A stretch of 64,000 bases of DNA from a virus: positions 29,937 to 93,936 of IMG/VR virus record IMGVR_UViG_3300049846_002551. The stretch is one strand, 5' to 3'. Positions 54,447-62,791 of this stretch are shown piece by piece. Under the pieces are notes generated by a model. The model had not been told where the DNA came from, searched no databases, and saw only the letters and a program-made list of their open reading frames with translations. Position numbers and translations under genes: made by a program. Position 1 is the stretch's first letter. Each line of letters opens with the position of its first letter.

Positions 54447-55859
54447 ATGAAAAGCGAATTGATTTATGACCGAAAATCGGATGGAATCCAATCATCGGAT
54501 TACTTAGGAGATGCGATGATTGATCCGATGGACATCTATGGTTTTCCAAACTTGAAAAAAGGCGATGATCCGGTCATTAAGGATCATCCGGAATTTCCGA
54601 ATCCAAGAACAGGTCCGCTTGATCGCACTCTCATTGATGAGATTAAAGAAGCAGGTCAACTGATTGAGCCTATTGCAATTTATTTTCATGAAGAAAAAGG
54701 AAAAGAAGTTGCCGTTCTAGTCAACGGAAAAACACGGTTGACAGCGGTTGCGGAAGCATGGGCCGAGGATGGAACAACAGATAAGTTTCGTTTGATACCT
54801 TATGTTGTTGTGACTGGTACACCTATGGAGATTCAATTTTTACAAGCGAAGATGAATCTCGAAGATTCAAGACGACCTTTATCGAATGTGGAAACTGCGG
54901 ACTTCTTATCAAAAATGGAAGAAGCGTATGGTTTGACCGAAGAACAACAGTTGGAATATTTGAAGAAGCCTGTTAATCAAGGAACGATTCGTTGGCTTCG
55001 AGAATCGAAAGCTGTTGCTGGAGATAGCATCGTGCGCGAAGCCTTAGAGGAAGGTGTGATCGATGCCACTACTGCAAAATCTTTGACTAAAATTGAAGAT
55101 GAACAAGAAAAGAAAGATGCGCTGAAGCAGGTTCAAGATAGTAAGTCGCAAGGCAAAACTGAGCGTCAAGCACGTCAAACCATCAAAGCGAAAACTAAAA
55201 CTGCAAAAGGCAGTAAAACGGGTGTATTGCGAACAGGAAATCGAACGACTCTTGGGTGGAAAGCAGGGTTGGAGCTTCTTCAAGAATATTACCCATACGC
55301 TAAAGTTGCATTTCAAAATAATCTCGATGTAGATAAGATCGATTGGAAGTCACGAGATGAACGTGAAGCTTTTCTCTTTGATCAAGAGGTTATGGCGCGA
55401 TTTGATATCGTGGTAAAATTTATGAAGTTGGACACGCTGACTATGCTTCAATTGTGCTCAACGATTGAAGAAATATTTGGGCCAGAAGAGTGCAAGGCGA
55501 TGAATGTTATCGACTGGATGCCAACACCAACTAAACGTGATATTGACGAAGGAGTTTCTGTGGGAACTAAGACACCAAAAACGAAACAAGACGCGGTAAA
55601 AAAACCCGTAACTAAAACAACGAAAACAAAACCAAAGGTTAAGAAGGAACCAAAGGTTAAGAAGGAACCAAAGGTTAAGAAGGAACCAAAGGTTAAGAAG
55701 GAACCAAAGGTTAAGAAGGAACCAAAGGTTAAGAAGGAACCAAAGGTTAAGAAGGAACCAAAGGTTAAGAAAATTGCGACTAAAACAACGACTAAGGCTC
55801 CAAAAAAGGAGAGTACGCCTAAACCGACAAAGAAAGCGCGACCACGTTCGCCTCTCTAG
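54447..55859 (+). CDS. ParB/Srx-domain protein with histone-H1-like Lys-rich tail
   Basis: NPR...LIDEIKEAGQLIEPI...LVNGKTRLTA; C-terminal PKVKKE repeats; GGAGG RBS. Confidence 0.75.
   Translation: MKSELIYDRKSDGIQSSDYLGDAMIDPMDIYGFPNLKKGDDPVIKDHPEFPNPRTGPLDRTLIDEIKEAGQLIEPIAIYFHEEKGKEVAVLVNGKTRLTAVAEAWAEDGTTDKFRLIPYVVVTGTPMEIQFLQAKMNLEDSRRPLSNVETADFLSKMEEAYGLTEEQQLEYLKKPVNQGTIRWLRESKAVAGDSIVREALEEGVIDATTAKSLTKIEDEQEKKDALKQVQDSKSQGKTERQARQTIKAKTKTAKGSKTGVLRTGNRTTLGWKAGLELLQEYYPYAKVAFQNNLDVDKIDWKSRDEREAFLFDQEVMARFDIVVKFMKLDTLTMLQLCSTIEEIFGPEECKAMNVIDWMPTPTKRDIDEGVSVGTKTPKTKQDAVKKPVTKTTKTKPKVKKEPKVKKEPKVKKEPKVKKEPKVKKEPKVKKEPKVKKEPKVKKIATKTTTKAPKKESTPKPTKKARPRSPL
55630..55771 (+). repeat. 18-bp perfect tandem repeat (CCAAAGGTTAAGAAGGAA x7.8) encoding PKVKKE
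   Basis: Seven identical units plus a partial eighth. Confidence 0.97.
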
Positions 55860-55879
55860 ATTTAAAATGTTACAATTCC

Positions 55880-55911
55880 AGGGATCGAGCAATTTTGCTC
55901 GGTCCCTTTTT
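55880..55911 (+). terminator. Intrinsic terminator
   Basis: AGGGATCGAGC-AATTTT-GCTCGGTCCCT-TTTT. Confidence 0.8.
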
Positions 55912-55930
55912 AATGCGGTATAGTTTGAGA

Positions 55931-56242
55931 ATGGCAGAGTTTTCAATGGACGGATTCCAGTCGCTGGAGTTAGGGATGTCTACTAAGTTTCGTCAAATGT
56001 GGTTTAAGCTTAAAAATCCCGATTCGAAAGAAGGAACTTTGCGCGTGGAATTTCATAACCGCAAACGTCCACAGAATCGTGGAGCTATTTACGATTACAA
56101 CGCCACAGAAGCCTTTGTAAAAGCGTTTGTGGAGCATGCTCAAAGAGTAGGCATCGAGTCAGTCGGTAGTATGTTTCACAAAGAGGTTATTGCAAAACCG
56201 GAAGAGCATCCGTTCACTTTAGTAGCGAAGGCGGTTGAATGA
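55931..56242 (+). CDS. KTSC-domain protein
   Basis: TLRVEF...GAIYDY...SVGSMFHKEV; leaderless ATG 6 nt after TATAGT. Confidence 0.6.
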   Translation: MAEFSMDGFQSLELGMSTKFRQMWFKLKNPDSKEGTLRVEFHNRKRPQNRGAIYDYNATEAFVKAFVEHAQRVGIESVGSMFHKEVIAKPEEHPFTLVAKAVE

Positions 56243-56487
56243 TTCTGGTTGAAATTCAGCCTAATGAAGAAAAACCTTTTTTTGCGATGGACTTTAACGG
56301 TACAGCGCGTTTTGATCTAATCACGATTGTGGATACGTTAGGAAACGCTGTGGCTACACTTGAGCGCGATAAAAGCGGTGTGCTGGTAGCGAAGATTATC
56401 GGGAAAGCCTATCTTGCTGAAAAGCAAGTTTCGGCTACGAAATCCCAAAAAAACAAAAAAGACCCCGATTGCGGTTGTAAGGGTTGA
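56239..56487 (+). CDS. Hypothetical protein
   Basis: ATGA-coupled ORF. Confidence 0.5.
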   Translation: MILVEIQPNEEKPFFAMDFNGTARFDLITIVDTLGNAVATLERDKSGVLVAKIIGKAYLAEKQVSATKSQKNKKDPDCGCKG

Positions 56488-56513
56488 CAAAACTACTCTA
56501 TGTATGCTATAAT
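56484..56513 (+). promoter_or_regulatory. TTGACA-AAACTAC promoter copy 4
   Basis: TTGACA-18 nt-TATAAT with extended TG. Confidence 0.8.
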
Positions 56514-56528
56514 AGCAATAGACAAGTT

Positions 56529-56843
56529 ATGTGTTATGATACGTATTCGTTTCGATTCACCTGTGCCAACGATTCACAGGCTAAGGCCGTTATCTATTTA
56601 GTGAAGGCCGACTTCCGGACGCCACAAGATTGTTTTTATGAGGGTGATGTGGTTCATTGGGAGACGCTTGAGTATAAGCGTAAAACCTGGGGTCGTGTAG
56701 CGGGTCCTATGGATTTCTGTGTTTGTGCTTCCACTTATGACTACTATGTAAATTTAGCGGAAGCTTGTAAAAAGGAGTTCATGTCGACTGTAGTCGAACA
56801 GCGAAGCCAGGATTTACTGGGCGGAACGGACTCAACCTCTTGA
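56529..56843 (+). CDS. Hypothetical protein
   Basis: ORF downstream of promoter 4; start moved to first ATG after -10. Confidence 0.5.
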   Translation: MCYDTYSFRFTCANDSQAKAVIYLVKADFRTPQDCFYEGDVVHWETLEYKRKTWGRVAGPMDFCVCASTYDYYVNLAEACKKEFMSTVVEQRSQDLLGGTDSTS

Positions 56844-56869
56844 CAAAACTACTTCGAGTGTGGTATAGT
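56840..56869 (+). promoter_or_regulatory. TTGACA-AAACTAC promoter copy 5
   Basis: TTGACA-18 nt-TATAGT; ATG 6 nt later. Confidence 0.8.
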
Positions 56870-56875
56870 TGACTT

Positions 56876-57775
56876 ATGACTGGACGAAGAATGGTTCACG
56901 CGCACCGTATGGTGCAATACTACATGAAGCAACCGATTCCGGACCGTGTTTTTGTCTCAAATCCTGATGGGAAAGGACGGGAATACATGCCGCTCTATGA
57001 TAAGGTTGTAGGCGTTAGTTCGAATCTCATGTCAAAAGTTGAATCTTTTCCTGTTTACTACTGGTCCGAAGAATCTCTGATTCAAGGTTCGGTTTGGAAT
57101 AGTGGAGTAGAAGCGTCCGAAGTGTATAAACGTATGGCACGAACAATCACTTCTCCGGGAGCTATCCATTTCTTTGATGTTCTTCAATCTGTGCATAACT
57201 CTGAGCTAGGTGTTATGAATTGCGTCGGGATGATTAGGTATGAAGCTCAATTGCTTACTATGCTTTATGTGTCAAAGGATTTCAATTGGGATAACTTATC
57301 ACACGGTATTGAAAACTACAACATCTACTTTTTGAGAGAAGATCAGTTTTCAAAGTTCTATTTCACTTGGGCGACGATGCTCGAAGCGTATGCAAAGACT
57401 CCGTTAGAGTGTGATACTAAGAAATTCTTGCTTACTCCTGCACGAGCAAAAGGTATTGATAACAAGACGCAAAAAAGCTACCGTAGAAACCCGGTTAACG
57501 TAGTATGCTTACGTAAACTTGTGTATGATAAAGAGGCACTTAGAGAGAAAGCGGCTTATGTGTTGCGCGAGGTTGGAAGTGGAAACACATTGCAAGTTCA
57601 ATTTGACGTAACAGGTCATTATCGACAACAATGGTATCCGTCTGAAGGTAAACATCGCACTATTTGGATTGAGTCTTACACGAAGGGGAAGGATAAGCCA
57701 CGAGTAATTCGACCAACGGTACATAAAGTAGTTGAACGTTCAAACATTGCCAAAACTACTTCTGGGACGGTATAA
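56876..57775 (+). CDS. Hypothetical phage protein
   Basis: C-terminal VTGHYRQQWYPS...HRTIWI..Y.KG motif recurrent in uncharacterised phage proteins. Confidence 0.6.
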   Translation: MTGRRMVHAHRMVQYYMKQPIPDRVFVSNPDGKGREYMPLYDKVVGVSSNLMSKVESFPVYYWSEESLIQGSVWNSGVEASEVYKRMARTITSPGAIHFFDVLQSVHNSELGVMNCVGMIRYEAQLLTMLYVSKDFNWDNLSHGIENYNIYFLREDQFSKFYFTWATMLEAYAKTPLECDTKKFLLTPARAKGIDNKTQKSYRRNPVNVVCLRKLVYDKEALREKAAYVLREVGSGNTLQVQFDVTGHYRQQWYPSEGKHRTIWIESYTKGKDKPRVIRPTVHKVVERSNIAKTTSGTV

Positions 57776-57776
57776 T
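57747..57776 (+). promoter_or_regulatory. TTGCCA-AAACTAC promoter copy 6
   Basis: TTGCCA-18 nt-TATAAT. Confidence 0.75.
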
Positions 57777-57784
57777 TAGTAAAG

Positions 57785-58135
57785 ATGCCACAGACAAAGT
57801 ATGGATACGATTTTTATCGCGATCACTTGATTCCTGCAACGGTGACTTTGAAGCGTGATTTAGCGATAATATCAACTGAGACTGCATGCGTTAAGAAGGT
57901 TAATTATCAACGGGAAAAACGTTTGATAGCATATGAGACTATGGAGTATCATGCGCTAATTGATGAAGCGGAGCGGACTGTAAGGCTGTTTGTTCCCATT
58001 GACGGTTTTATTGAAGAAGTTTCCATTCCGTTGCGATACGTGAAATCTAGAATTGATCGAACTGAACAGCCTATTGATTATCGTAAATGGGGCAACACTC
58101 GTAAGGTGTCATACAGTATCACGGAGATGTCATGA
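57785..58135 (+). CDS. Hypothetical protein
   Basis: ORF after promoter 6. Confidence 0.55.
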   Translation: MPQTKYGYDFYRDHLIPATVTLKRDLAIISTETACVKKVNYQREKRLIAYETMEYHALIDEAERTVRLFVPIDGFIEEVSIPLRYVKSRIDRTEQPIDYRKWGNTRKVSYSITEMS

Positions 58136-58464
58136 ACGTTACTGCTGATTTGATACTGGTTAGCTTTGGTGTCATCGTAACCTATTTAGTGGTGCGATCA
58201 CAGATTTTTCAAAATACCAGGGATTGGGTGGATGAAAAGTTCGCAGTTCCGGCTTACAAACTAGGAAAACCGATTCCAAAGTGGGTTCGAGTTTTGAAGT
58301 GTGACACTTGTTTCAGCTTCTATGCCACGTTACTGAGCCTGATCGTGTTTAAGGCGATGTGGAATTCGGTTATAAACGACGAGACGGTGCAGATTGCCGG
58401 GTACCAGGTCTTGCTTTTCACGTTTATTTGGCTACAGACCATTGCGGTACTGAGGTGCATCTAG
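58132..58464 (+). CDS. Membrane protein with C..C motif (DUF1360-like)
   Basis: Three hydrophobic segments; IFQNTR...VLKCDTCFSFY. Confidence 0.5.
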   Translation: MNVTADLILVSFGVIVTYLVVRSQIFQNTRDWVDEKFAVPAYKLGKPIPKWVRVLKCDTCFSFYATLLSLIVFKAMWNSVINDETVQIAGYQVLLFTFIWLQTIAVLRCI

Positions 58465-58466
58465 AG

Positions 58467-58652
58467 ATGAAAAGGTTAACGGAATGGATTTTGTTTATTG
58501 TTGCAGGTGTCGCCGCTTGTTTTATCTACGACCGGGCATCTTTGATAATTCAAACATTTAGTGGACGTTTTGGGATGTTTGTGCTAATTTTAGTTTTGCG
58601 CGGATTTATTACAGCTTTTTGGGAGGATCAATTTCAAAAGAACAATGGATAG
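58467..58652 (+). CDS. Small two-helix membrane protein
   Basis: GAGGTG RBS, two hydrophobic stretches. Confidence 0.5.
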   Translation: MKRLTEWILFIVAGVAACFIYDRASLIIQTFSGRFGMFVLILVLRGFITAFWEDQFQKNNG

Positions 58653-58944
58653 TCGAGAATTATTACCAATTGAACTGCCATTTAATGTTCGGCAAGCTAA
58701 TGCTGAAACTTTAGAGTTTTTGAAAAAGCTATCGGATTTAGGGGTAGAAGCCATCGTGATTCATTGTGATAAGCAATGGCAACTAGACGTTACTCTTGAG
58801 ACGCAGAGTTTCCGTACATCTGTTAGCTTTACACCAACGATAACTATCAATGAAGCCATTTTGTGTATGACGGCATTGGATCGTCAAATACAACATCAAT
58901 TAGAGTCAAAAGGAGATCATCACATTGAGACAAGTGAAGATTAA
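58645..58944 (+). CDS. Hypothetical protein
   Basis: Coupled ORF. Confidence 0.5.
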   Translation: MDSRELLPIELPFNVRQANAETLEFLKKLSDLGVEAIVIHCDKQWQLDVTLETQSFRTSVSFTPTITINEAILCMTALDRQIQHQLESKGDHHIETSED

Positions 58945-59299
58945 AACTAATGTACAAATGTTTCTTTCTAAGTTTTCTATTAAGAATGAAACATGGCAAC
59001 CACATCCGGTCTATAAGGAATTTTATGGTTCCGATAAAGGCCGCATTGCATCTGTACACCACAATCGAGCGCGATTGCTTAAAATTGGCGCGAAGGTGGA
59101 ATTAACTCGTGGTACGTATGGAGTTAACTACCAACGTAAGCAGTTTCTGCCACATCGATTTATTTGGGAGTGCTTTTACGGAGTAATTAAGGATACTAAG
59201 CAGATTGTATTCAAAGATGGTGATCGCACCAATTTGAAGTTAAGCAATCTTACGCTTATGACTCCAGCCCAGCGAATCGAATACACGCAAGAAGATTAA
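58925..59299 (+). CDS. NUMOD4/HNH endonuclease-like protein, probably degenerate
   Basis: WQPHP.Y..FYGSDKGRI...HRFIWECF...KDGDRTN..LSNL; expected catalytic His not seen. Confidence 0.65.
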   Translation: MRQVKIKTNVQMFLSKFSIKNETWQPHPVYKEFYGSDKGRIASVHHNRARLLKIGAKVELTRGTYGVNYQRKQFLPHRFIWECFYGVIKDTKQIVFKDGDRTNLKLSNLTLMTPAQRIEYTQED

Positions 59300-59300
59300 G

Positions 59301-59768
59301 ATGGTTGAAATCATCGGAGACTTCTGGAAAGAAGCACAAACTGGGAAATATCAAGTCATCGGTTGTACCACAAATGGTGAAGTCAAAACGAATGGGCGTC
59401 TAGTCATGGGCGCAGGGATTGCGCTTGAGTTCGCAGATCGATATCCGTGGTTACCTGAAATGTTGGGGATGCGCATGACTCAAAAAGGTACCAGCACTTC
59501 ACTCATAAAAGAGGTGGTGCCGTATATCCTGACATTTCAAACGAAACATCATTGGAAACAACCATCGAGATACAAATATATAGTTGATTCAGCAATTCGA
59601 ACAAAGATGCTATTAGAAGAAGAGGATAGCAAAGATTGGAAAATTTTGCTTCCTAGGCCCGGTTGTGGGTTAGGGGGTTTATCTTGGGAAGATGTGAAAC
59701 TGATTTTATCGAGGCATTTTGATAATCGGTTTCATATCATCAGTAGAGAGGGGGAACTATCTTGTTAA
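59301..59768 (+). CDS. Macro domain (ADP-ribose binding/hydrolase) protein
   Basis: TTN...VMGAGIA..F..RYP...FQTK.HW...LPRPGCGLGGLSW. Confidence 0.85.
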   Translation: MVEIIGDFWKEAQTGKYQVIGCTTNGEVKTNGRLVMGAGIALEFADRYPWLPEMLGMRMTQKGTSTSLIKEVVPYILTFQTKHHWKQPSRYKYIVDSAIRTKMLLEEEDSKDWKILLPRPGCGLGGLSWEDVKLILSRHFDNRFHIISREGELSC

Positions 59769-59992
59769 AAACTTGGTTGAAAGTGTTTTTCAAATTGGAC
59801 GGAAAACGTCGTTGCGTTTCTCGTTGGTTGGACTGTGAATTGTACACTTTGTATGAATATCGAGGAAGTTCAGGGGTTCGCTATCAATGGGAAAACGATG
59901 CTGGAACGGAAATAGGTCCATGTTATTCCGCAATCGAAATGGCAGAAGTTCATTTTGGGGGGAGTGGGTTCCGTGCAGATCGCAAAAATTAA
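59762..59992 (+). CDS. Hypothetical protein
   Basis: Coupled ORF with TTG start. Confidence 0.4.
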   Translation: MLKTWLKVFFKLDGKRRCVSRWLDCELYTLYEYRGSSGVRYQWENDAGTEIGPCYSAIEMAEVHFGGSGFRADRKN

Positions 59993-60755
59993 TGACGCCG
60001 TAATCGGAAAAAGTGCAATGATTGTTGGGCTAGACAACCCGATTCTAAATCTGGTTGGTCAACACATGGTAGATACAGGTCAAATGCACGAACAGAAGTT
60101 TCTGCACTGGTTTCGAAATAAAGTACGGCAGGAGTGCGATAATCAACAAGGCGTTCTTTTTGACATTGGAGCCAATATTGGAACGTTCAGCGTTTTTATG
60201 TGTCATGCTTTTCCGTATATCGAGATTTATGCGTTCGAACCGATTAAGGAATTGTTTGAAATTTTAACTGCAAATATTCGAACGTTGAATCTTATGTATC
60301 CGAATTGCCGTATTACGGCATTTAATAATGCGATTGGAAATGTGAATGAAACTTTAGCGATTGTGCAAGTTCACGGGAACCAAGCTCAGAGCCATATTCT
60401 ACCTGCGGGTACTAATCCGGAGAGTTTGATATATCCGCATTCTATTACTACGTGTGCGATGTTGCGGCTTGATGAAGTTGTATCAAAAATTGATTTAGAT
60501 CACAAACGTGTCTATGTTAAAATTGATGTAGAAGGGTTTGAAGCGTTTGTAATTCACGGGATGCCGTCGCTTTTGCTTAACTATAAACCTGTGTTGTTGA
60601 TAGAAAACAATTCTATTGGTGATGTTGAAGTGTGTTTTCGTTTGCTGACGGAATTAAAGTTGGATGATTCGGAATATCGCGCATATCGAATTACAAACGT
60701 GATTCGCGTGGATGACAACAGCGAAAATTATATGGTTGTGTATGAAGCAATTTAG
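59955..60755 (+). CDS. FkbM-family methyltransferase
   Basis: FDIGANIG, AFEP, KIDVEGFE, P.LLIE; exact start uncertain. Confidence 0.88.
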   Translation: MGGVGSVQIAKINDAVIGKSAMIVGLDNPILNLVGQHMVDTGQMHEQKFLHWFRNKVRQECDNQQGVLFDIGANIGTFSVFMCHAFPYIEIYAFEPIKELFEILTANIRTLNLMYPNCRITAFNNAIGNVNETLAIVQVHGNQAQSHILPAGTNPESLIYPHSITTCAMLRLDEVVSKIDLDHKRVYVKIDVEGFEAFVIHGMPSLLLNYKPVLLIENNSIGDVEVCFRLLTELKLDDSEYRAYRITNVIRVDDNSENYMVVYEAI

Positions 60756-61709
60756 CTACTTCGCCATTTCTTGCAAAATCACTGTTCGCATTGATTGAAC
60801 AGGCCAACAAGTGTACACATTGTTTCCGCCAGATGCGGCGTAACCCGAATCACTCCAAAGTGGCGCGGTTCCGTTCAAATTCTTCCAATACCATGCAAGG
60901 CTTGGGTCAATGGGTGTATGAAGCAATGCTCTTGTTACGTTTGCGTTTCGAATCATAGTGAAAATGTTACGTAACGATGCAACAGGATTACTTACTGTTT
61001 TTCGAACGCCGAATTCTAAAACGGTATCGGTGATTGATCCGTACATGCTGGTAACTCGTGGACCATTGCCTTCATCGTAAACAAAACATCCGTTACCAAT
61101 GATTGATGTTCCAAGAATCAGTTCAGCCGCTTGTTTAAACTCTACAAACGGATTACCTGGTGCAATTGGGCCGAGCCTTTCAATTTTAGCCTTTCCTGCT
61201 GGAGTCAATCTTGCCCAATTCATTGGAACGGAAAGATTCGTCCATGCATCGGTATGGAAGGCCATTAGGTCAACTCCAATTGCGCCTTTAAACGAGATTC
61301 CTGTAAACGTCGATTTAGTTTTAGTACAATCTTGTAGTAGCCAATCCCATCCGTTTTTATGCTTTGTGCGGATAATCGCTGAAATCAAATCCTTTCGAGC
61401 CATGACAGCATAGTTGTCTCTGTCGCTTAAATATTGACTCCAAATTGAAGAACTTACTGCGTTTTCTACTCCTACATTACTATCCACAATAGGATGAATG
61501 ACTTGAACTCCGTGCGCGTTGCACCAACGATAGAGTCGTTTTTGATAGTCTAAGCCCTGCAATTGAGGAAACCAATCGAATTCGTCGTCCCCCACGGCAT
61601 AATAGATAGCGCGTCCTTTAGCGGTGTAAAGTGCTCCCATCTGTGCTTCGAAAAGCGCATCATCTCGGTCAAGCATCGTGGTTCGAAGGTTAAAGCCCCA
61701 GTTAGTCAT
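60756..61709 (-). CDS. Hypothetical protein, only credible minus-strand gene
   Basis: 317-aa ORF filling a gap with no long + strand ORF; own -10 (TATGAT) 8 nt upstream of ATG. Confidence 0.7.
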   Translation of the reverse strand: MTNWGFNLRTTMLDRDDALFEAQMGALYTAKGRAIYYAVGDDEFDWFPQLQGLDYQKRLYRWCNAHGVQVIHPIVDSNVGVENAVSSSIWSQYLSDRDNYAVMARKDLISAIIRTKHKNGWDWLLQDCTKTKSTFTGISFKGAIGVDLMAFHTDAWTNLSVPMNWARLTPAGKAKIERLGPIAPGNPFVEFKQAAELILGTSIIGNGCFVYDEGNGPRVTSMYGSITDTVLEFGVRKTVSNPVASLRNIFTMIRNANVTRALLHTPIDPSLAWYWKNLNGTAPLWSDSGYAASGGNNVYTCWPVQSMRTVILQEMAK

Positions 61710-61752
61710 GGTATAGAATCATACCGTATGGATTAAAAAATCAAAACCTATC

Positions 61753-61782
61753 TTGACAAAACTACTCCGATGCAGGTATGAT
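61753..61782 (+). promoter_or_regulatory. TTGACA-AAACTAC promoter copy 7
   Basis: TTGACA-18 nt-TATGAT; ATG 6 nt later. Confidence 0.8.
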
Positions 61783-61788
61783 GATTAC

Positions 61789-62076
61789 ATGTTGATTGAA
61801 AACTTAAAGAAGTGGTGGATTTTATGGATTTGGGTTATGCTTCTTTTTTTAGTGCTATTTTTCGGGTTGCGTGGTTCAACGGTCCCAAAATTCGAATACA
61901 AGATTACGGCTCCTGAAGATTACGAATTGGAAATGAAATGCAACGAGATGGGGGCAGATGGTTGGGAGATGGTTACAGCCCGTCGAGCTACGCATGAAGA
62001 ACCGTACATTCCTGGTGTGCAATCACGCCATGACGAGGCTAGCTACGAAATTATTTGGAAACGCGAAGTACGCTGA
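61789..62076 (+). CDS. Membrane-anchored DUF4177-like protein
   Basis: TM helix then FEYKI...NEMGADGWEMV...IIWKRE. Confidence 0.7.
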   Translation: MLIENLKKWWILWIWVMLLFLVLFFGLRGSTVPKFEYKITAPEDYELEMKCNEMGADGWEMVTARRATHEEPYIPGVQSRHDEASYEIIWKREVR

Positions 62077-62136
62077 TTTTGTGTTTGTTAACGTGTATAA
62101 TTAACTTGAAACATCAGTTTTATAAGGAGGATACCG

Positions 62137-62676
62137 ATGAAGATTCGATGTGTTGGATTGTGTTGCTGGTTGCTGTTGTTTGCAGTTAGTTATTCTGTAA
62201 ACTTATACCAACATCAAAAACTTTCAAAACCATTAGCTACTCGTGGTGGTTTACAGCGAAAATCAAGTTTTCCTGCTCATTTGTCTGTGTATACGGAACG
62301 AGAAAACGGGAAAAGTACAAAATCAGGAATTCCGTTTGATGATGACAAGCGCACGGTTGCTGTACACCTTTCACGGATCAGTTGGCTATATAAATATGTT
62401 GCAGTTGAATATCAAGGGCATATTTATGGATTAACCCCTGAAGATTCGCTTCAAGTAACCGACACTTTTGCCAGTAGATATTACGAACGCAAGTTGGGTT
62501 CGTTATACATTTTACGGTTGGATTGTTCGAAAGCGGCAAAGCGTTTAATTACAGGCAACTCTTCGGGAGTGACATTAAATGTACGTGTTTGGTTGCTTCC
62601 ATCTAAACCGAAGAAAAACAAGTTAGTGAGTCTGACAGAGATTCACGCCACGGAGCTAGATATCGGGAGACTGTAA
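62137..62676 (+). CDS. Secreted or anchored RlpA-like (DPBB) protein, possible lytic transglycosylase
   Basis: Signal/TM N-terminus; SVY...G.STKSGIPFD....VA...VTD...LDCS..A. Confidence 0.55.
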   Translation: MKIRCVGLCCWLLLFAVSYSVNLYQHQKLSKPLATRGGLQRKSSFPAHLSVYTERENGKSTKSGIPFDDDKRTVAVHLSRISWLYKYVAVEYQGHIYGLTPEDSLQVTDTFASRYYERKLGSLYILRLDCSKAAKRLITGNSSGVTLNVRVWLLPSKPKKNKLVSLTEIHATELDIGRL

Positions 62677-62752
62677 CTCCACATACAGCGGTATCGAACG
62701 AACAGTCCCTGAAACCTGTTCGTGCTATGGGAGACTGTTAGGAGAGACTAAC
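62677..62752 (+). ncRNA. Structured element ending in GAGACT-stem-GAGAGA module
   Basis: CTCC-CATA/TATGGGAG and CGAACAG/CTGTTCG stems; GTTAG-GAGAGA-CTAAC. Confidence 0.45.
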
Positions 62753-62754
62753 AC

Positions 62755-62785
62755 TTGACAAAACTACTCCTGATTGTGGTATTAT
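62755..62785 (+). promoter_or_regulatory. TTGACA-AAACTAC promoter copy 8
   Basis: TTGACA-19 nt-TATTAT; ATG 6 nt later. Confidence 0.8.
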
Positions 62786-62791
62786 TACTGC

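Noticed and set aside
55630-55771. 18-bp repeats as a CRISPR array
   Set aside because: No spacers; it is an in-frame coding tandem repeat.
55458-55946. Minus-strand ORF with LWFLLN repeats
   Set aside because: Antisense shadow of the PKVKKE repeat.
62665-62738. 10-bp direct repeat GGGAGACTGT as a target-site duplication
   Set aside because: Only ~55 nt enclosed and no mobility gene; may just reflect alternative RNA pairing.
56484-62791. ORF-track TTG starts at 56484, 61753 and 62774 (also 216 and 55895)
   Set aside because: They fall inside promoter or terminator elements; downstream ATGs fit the promoter geometry.
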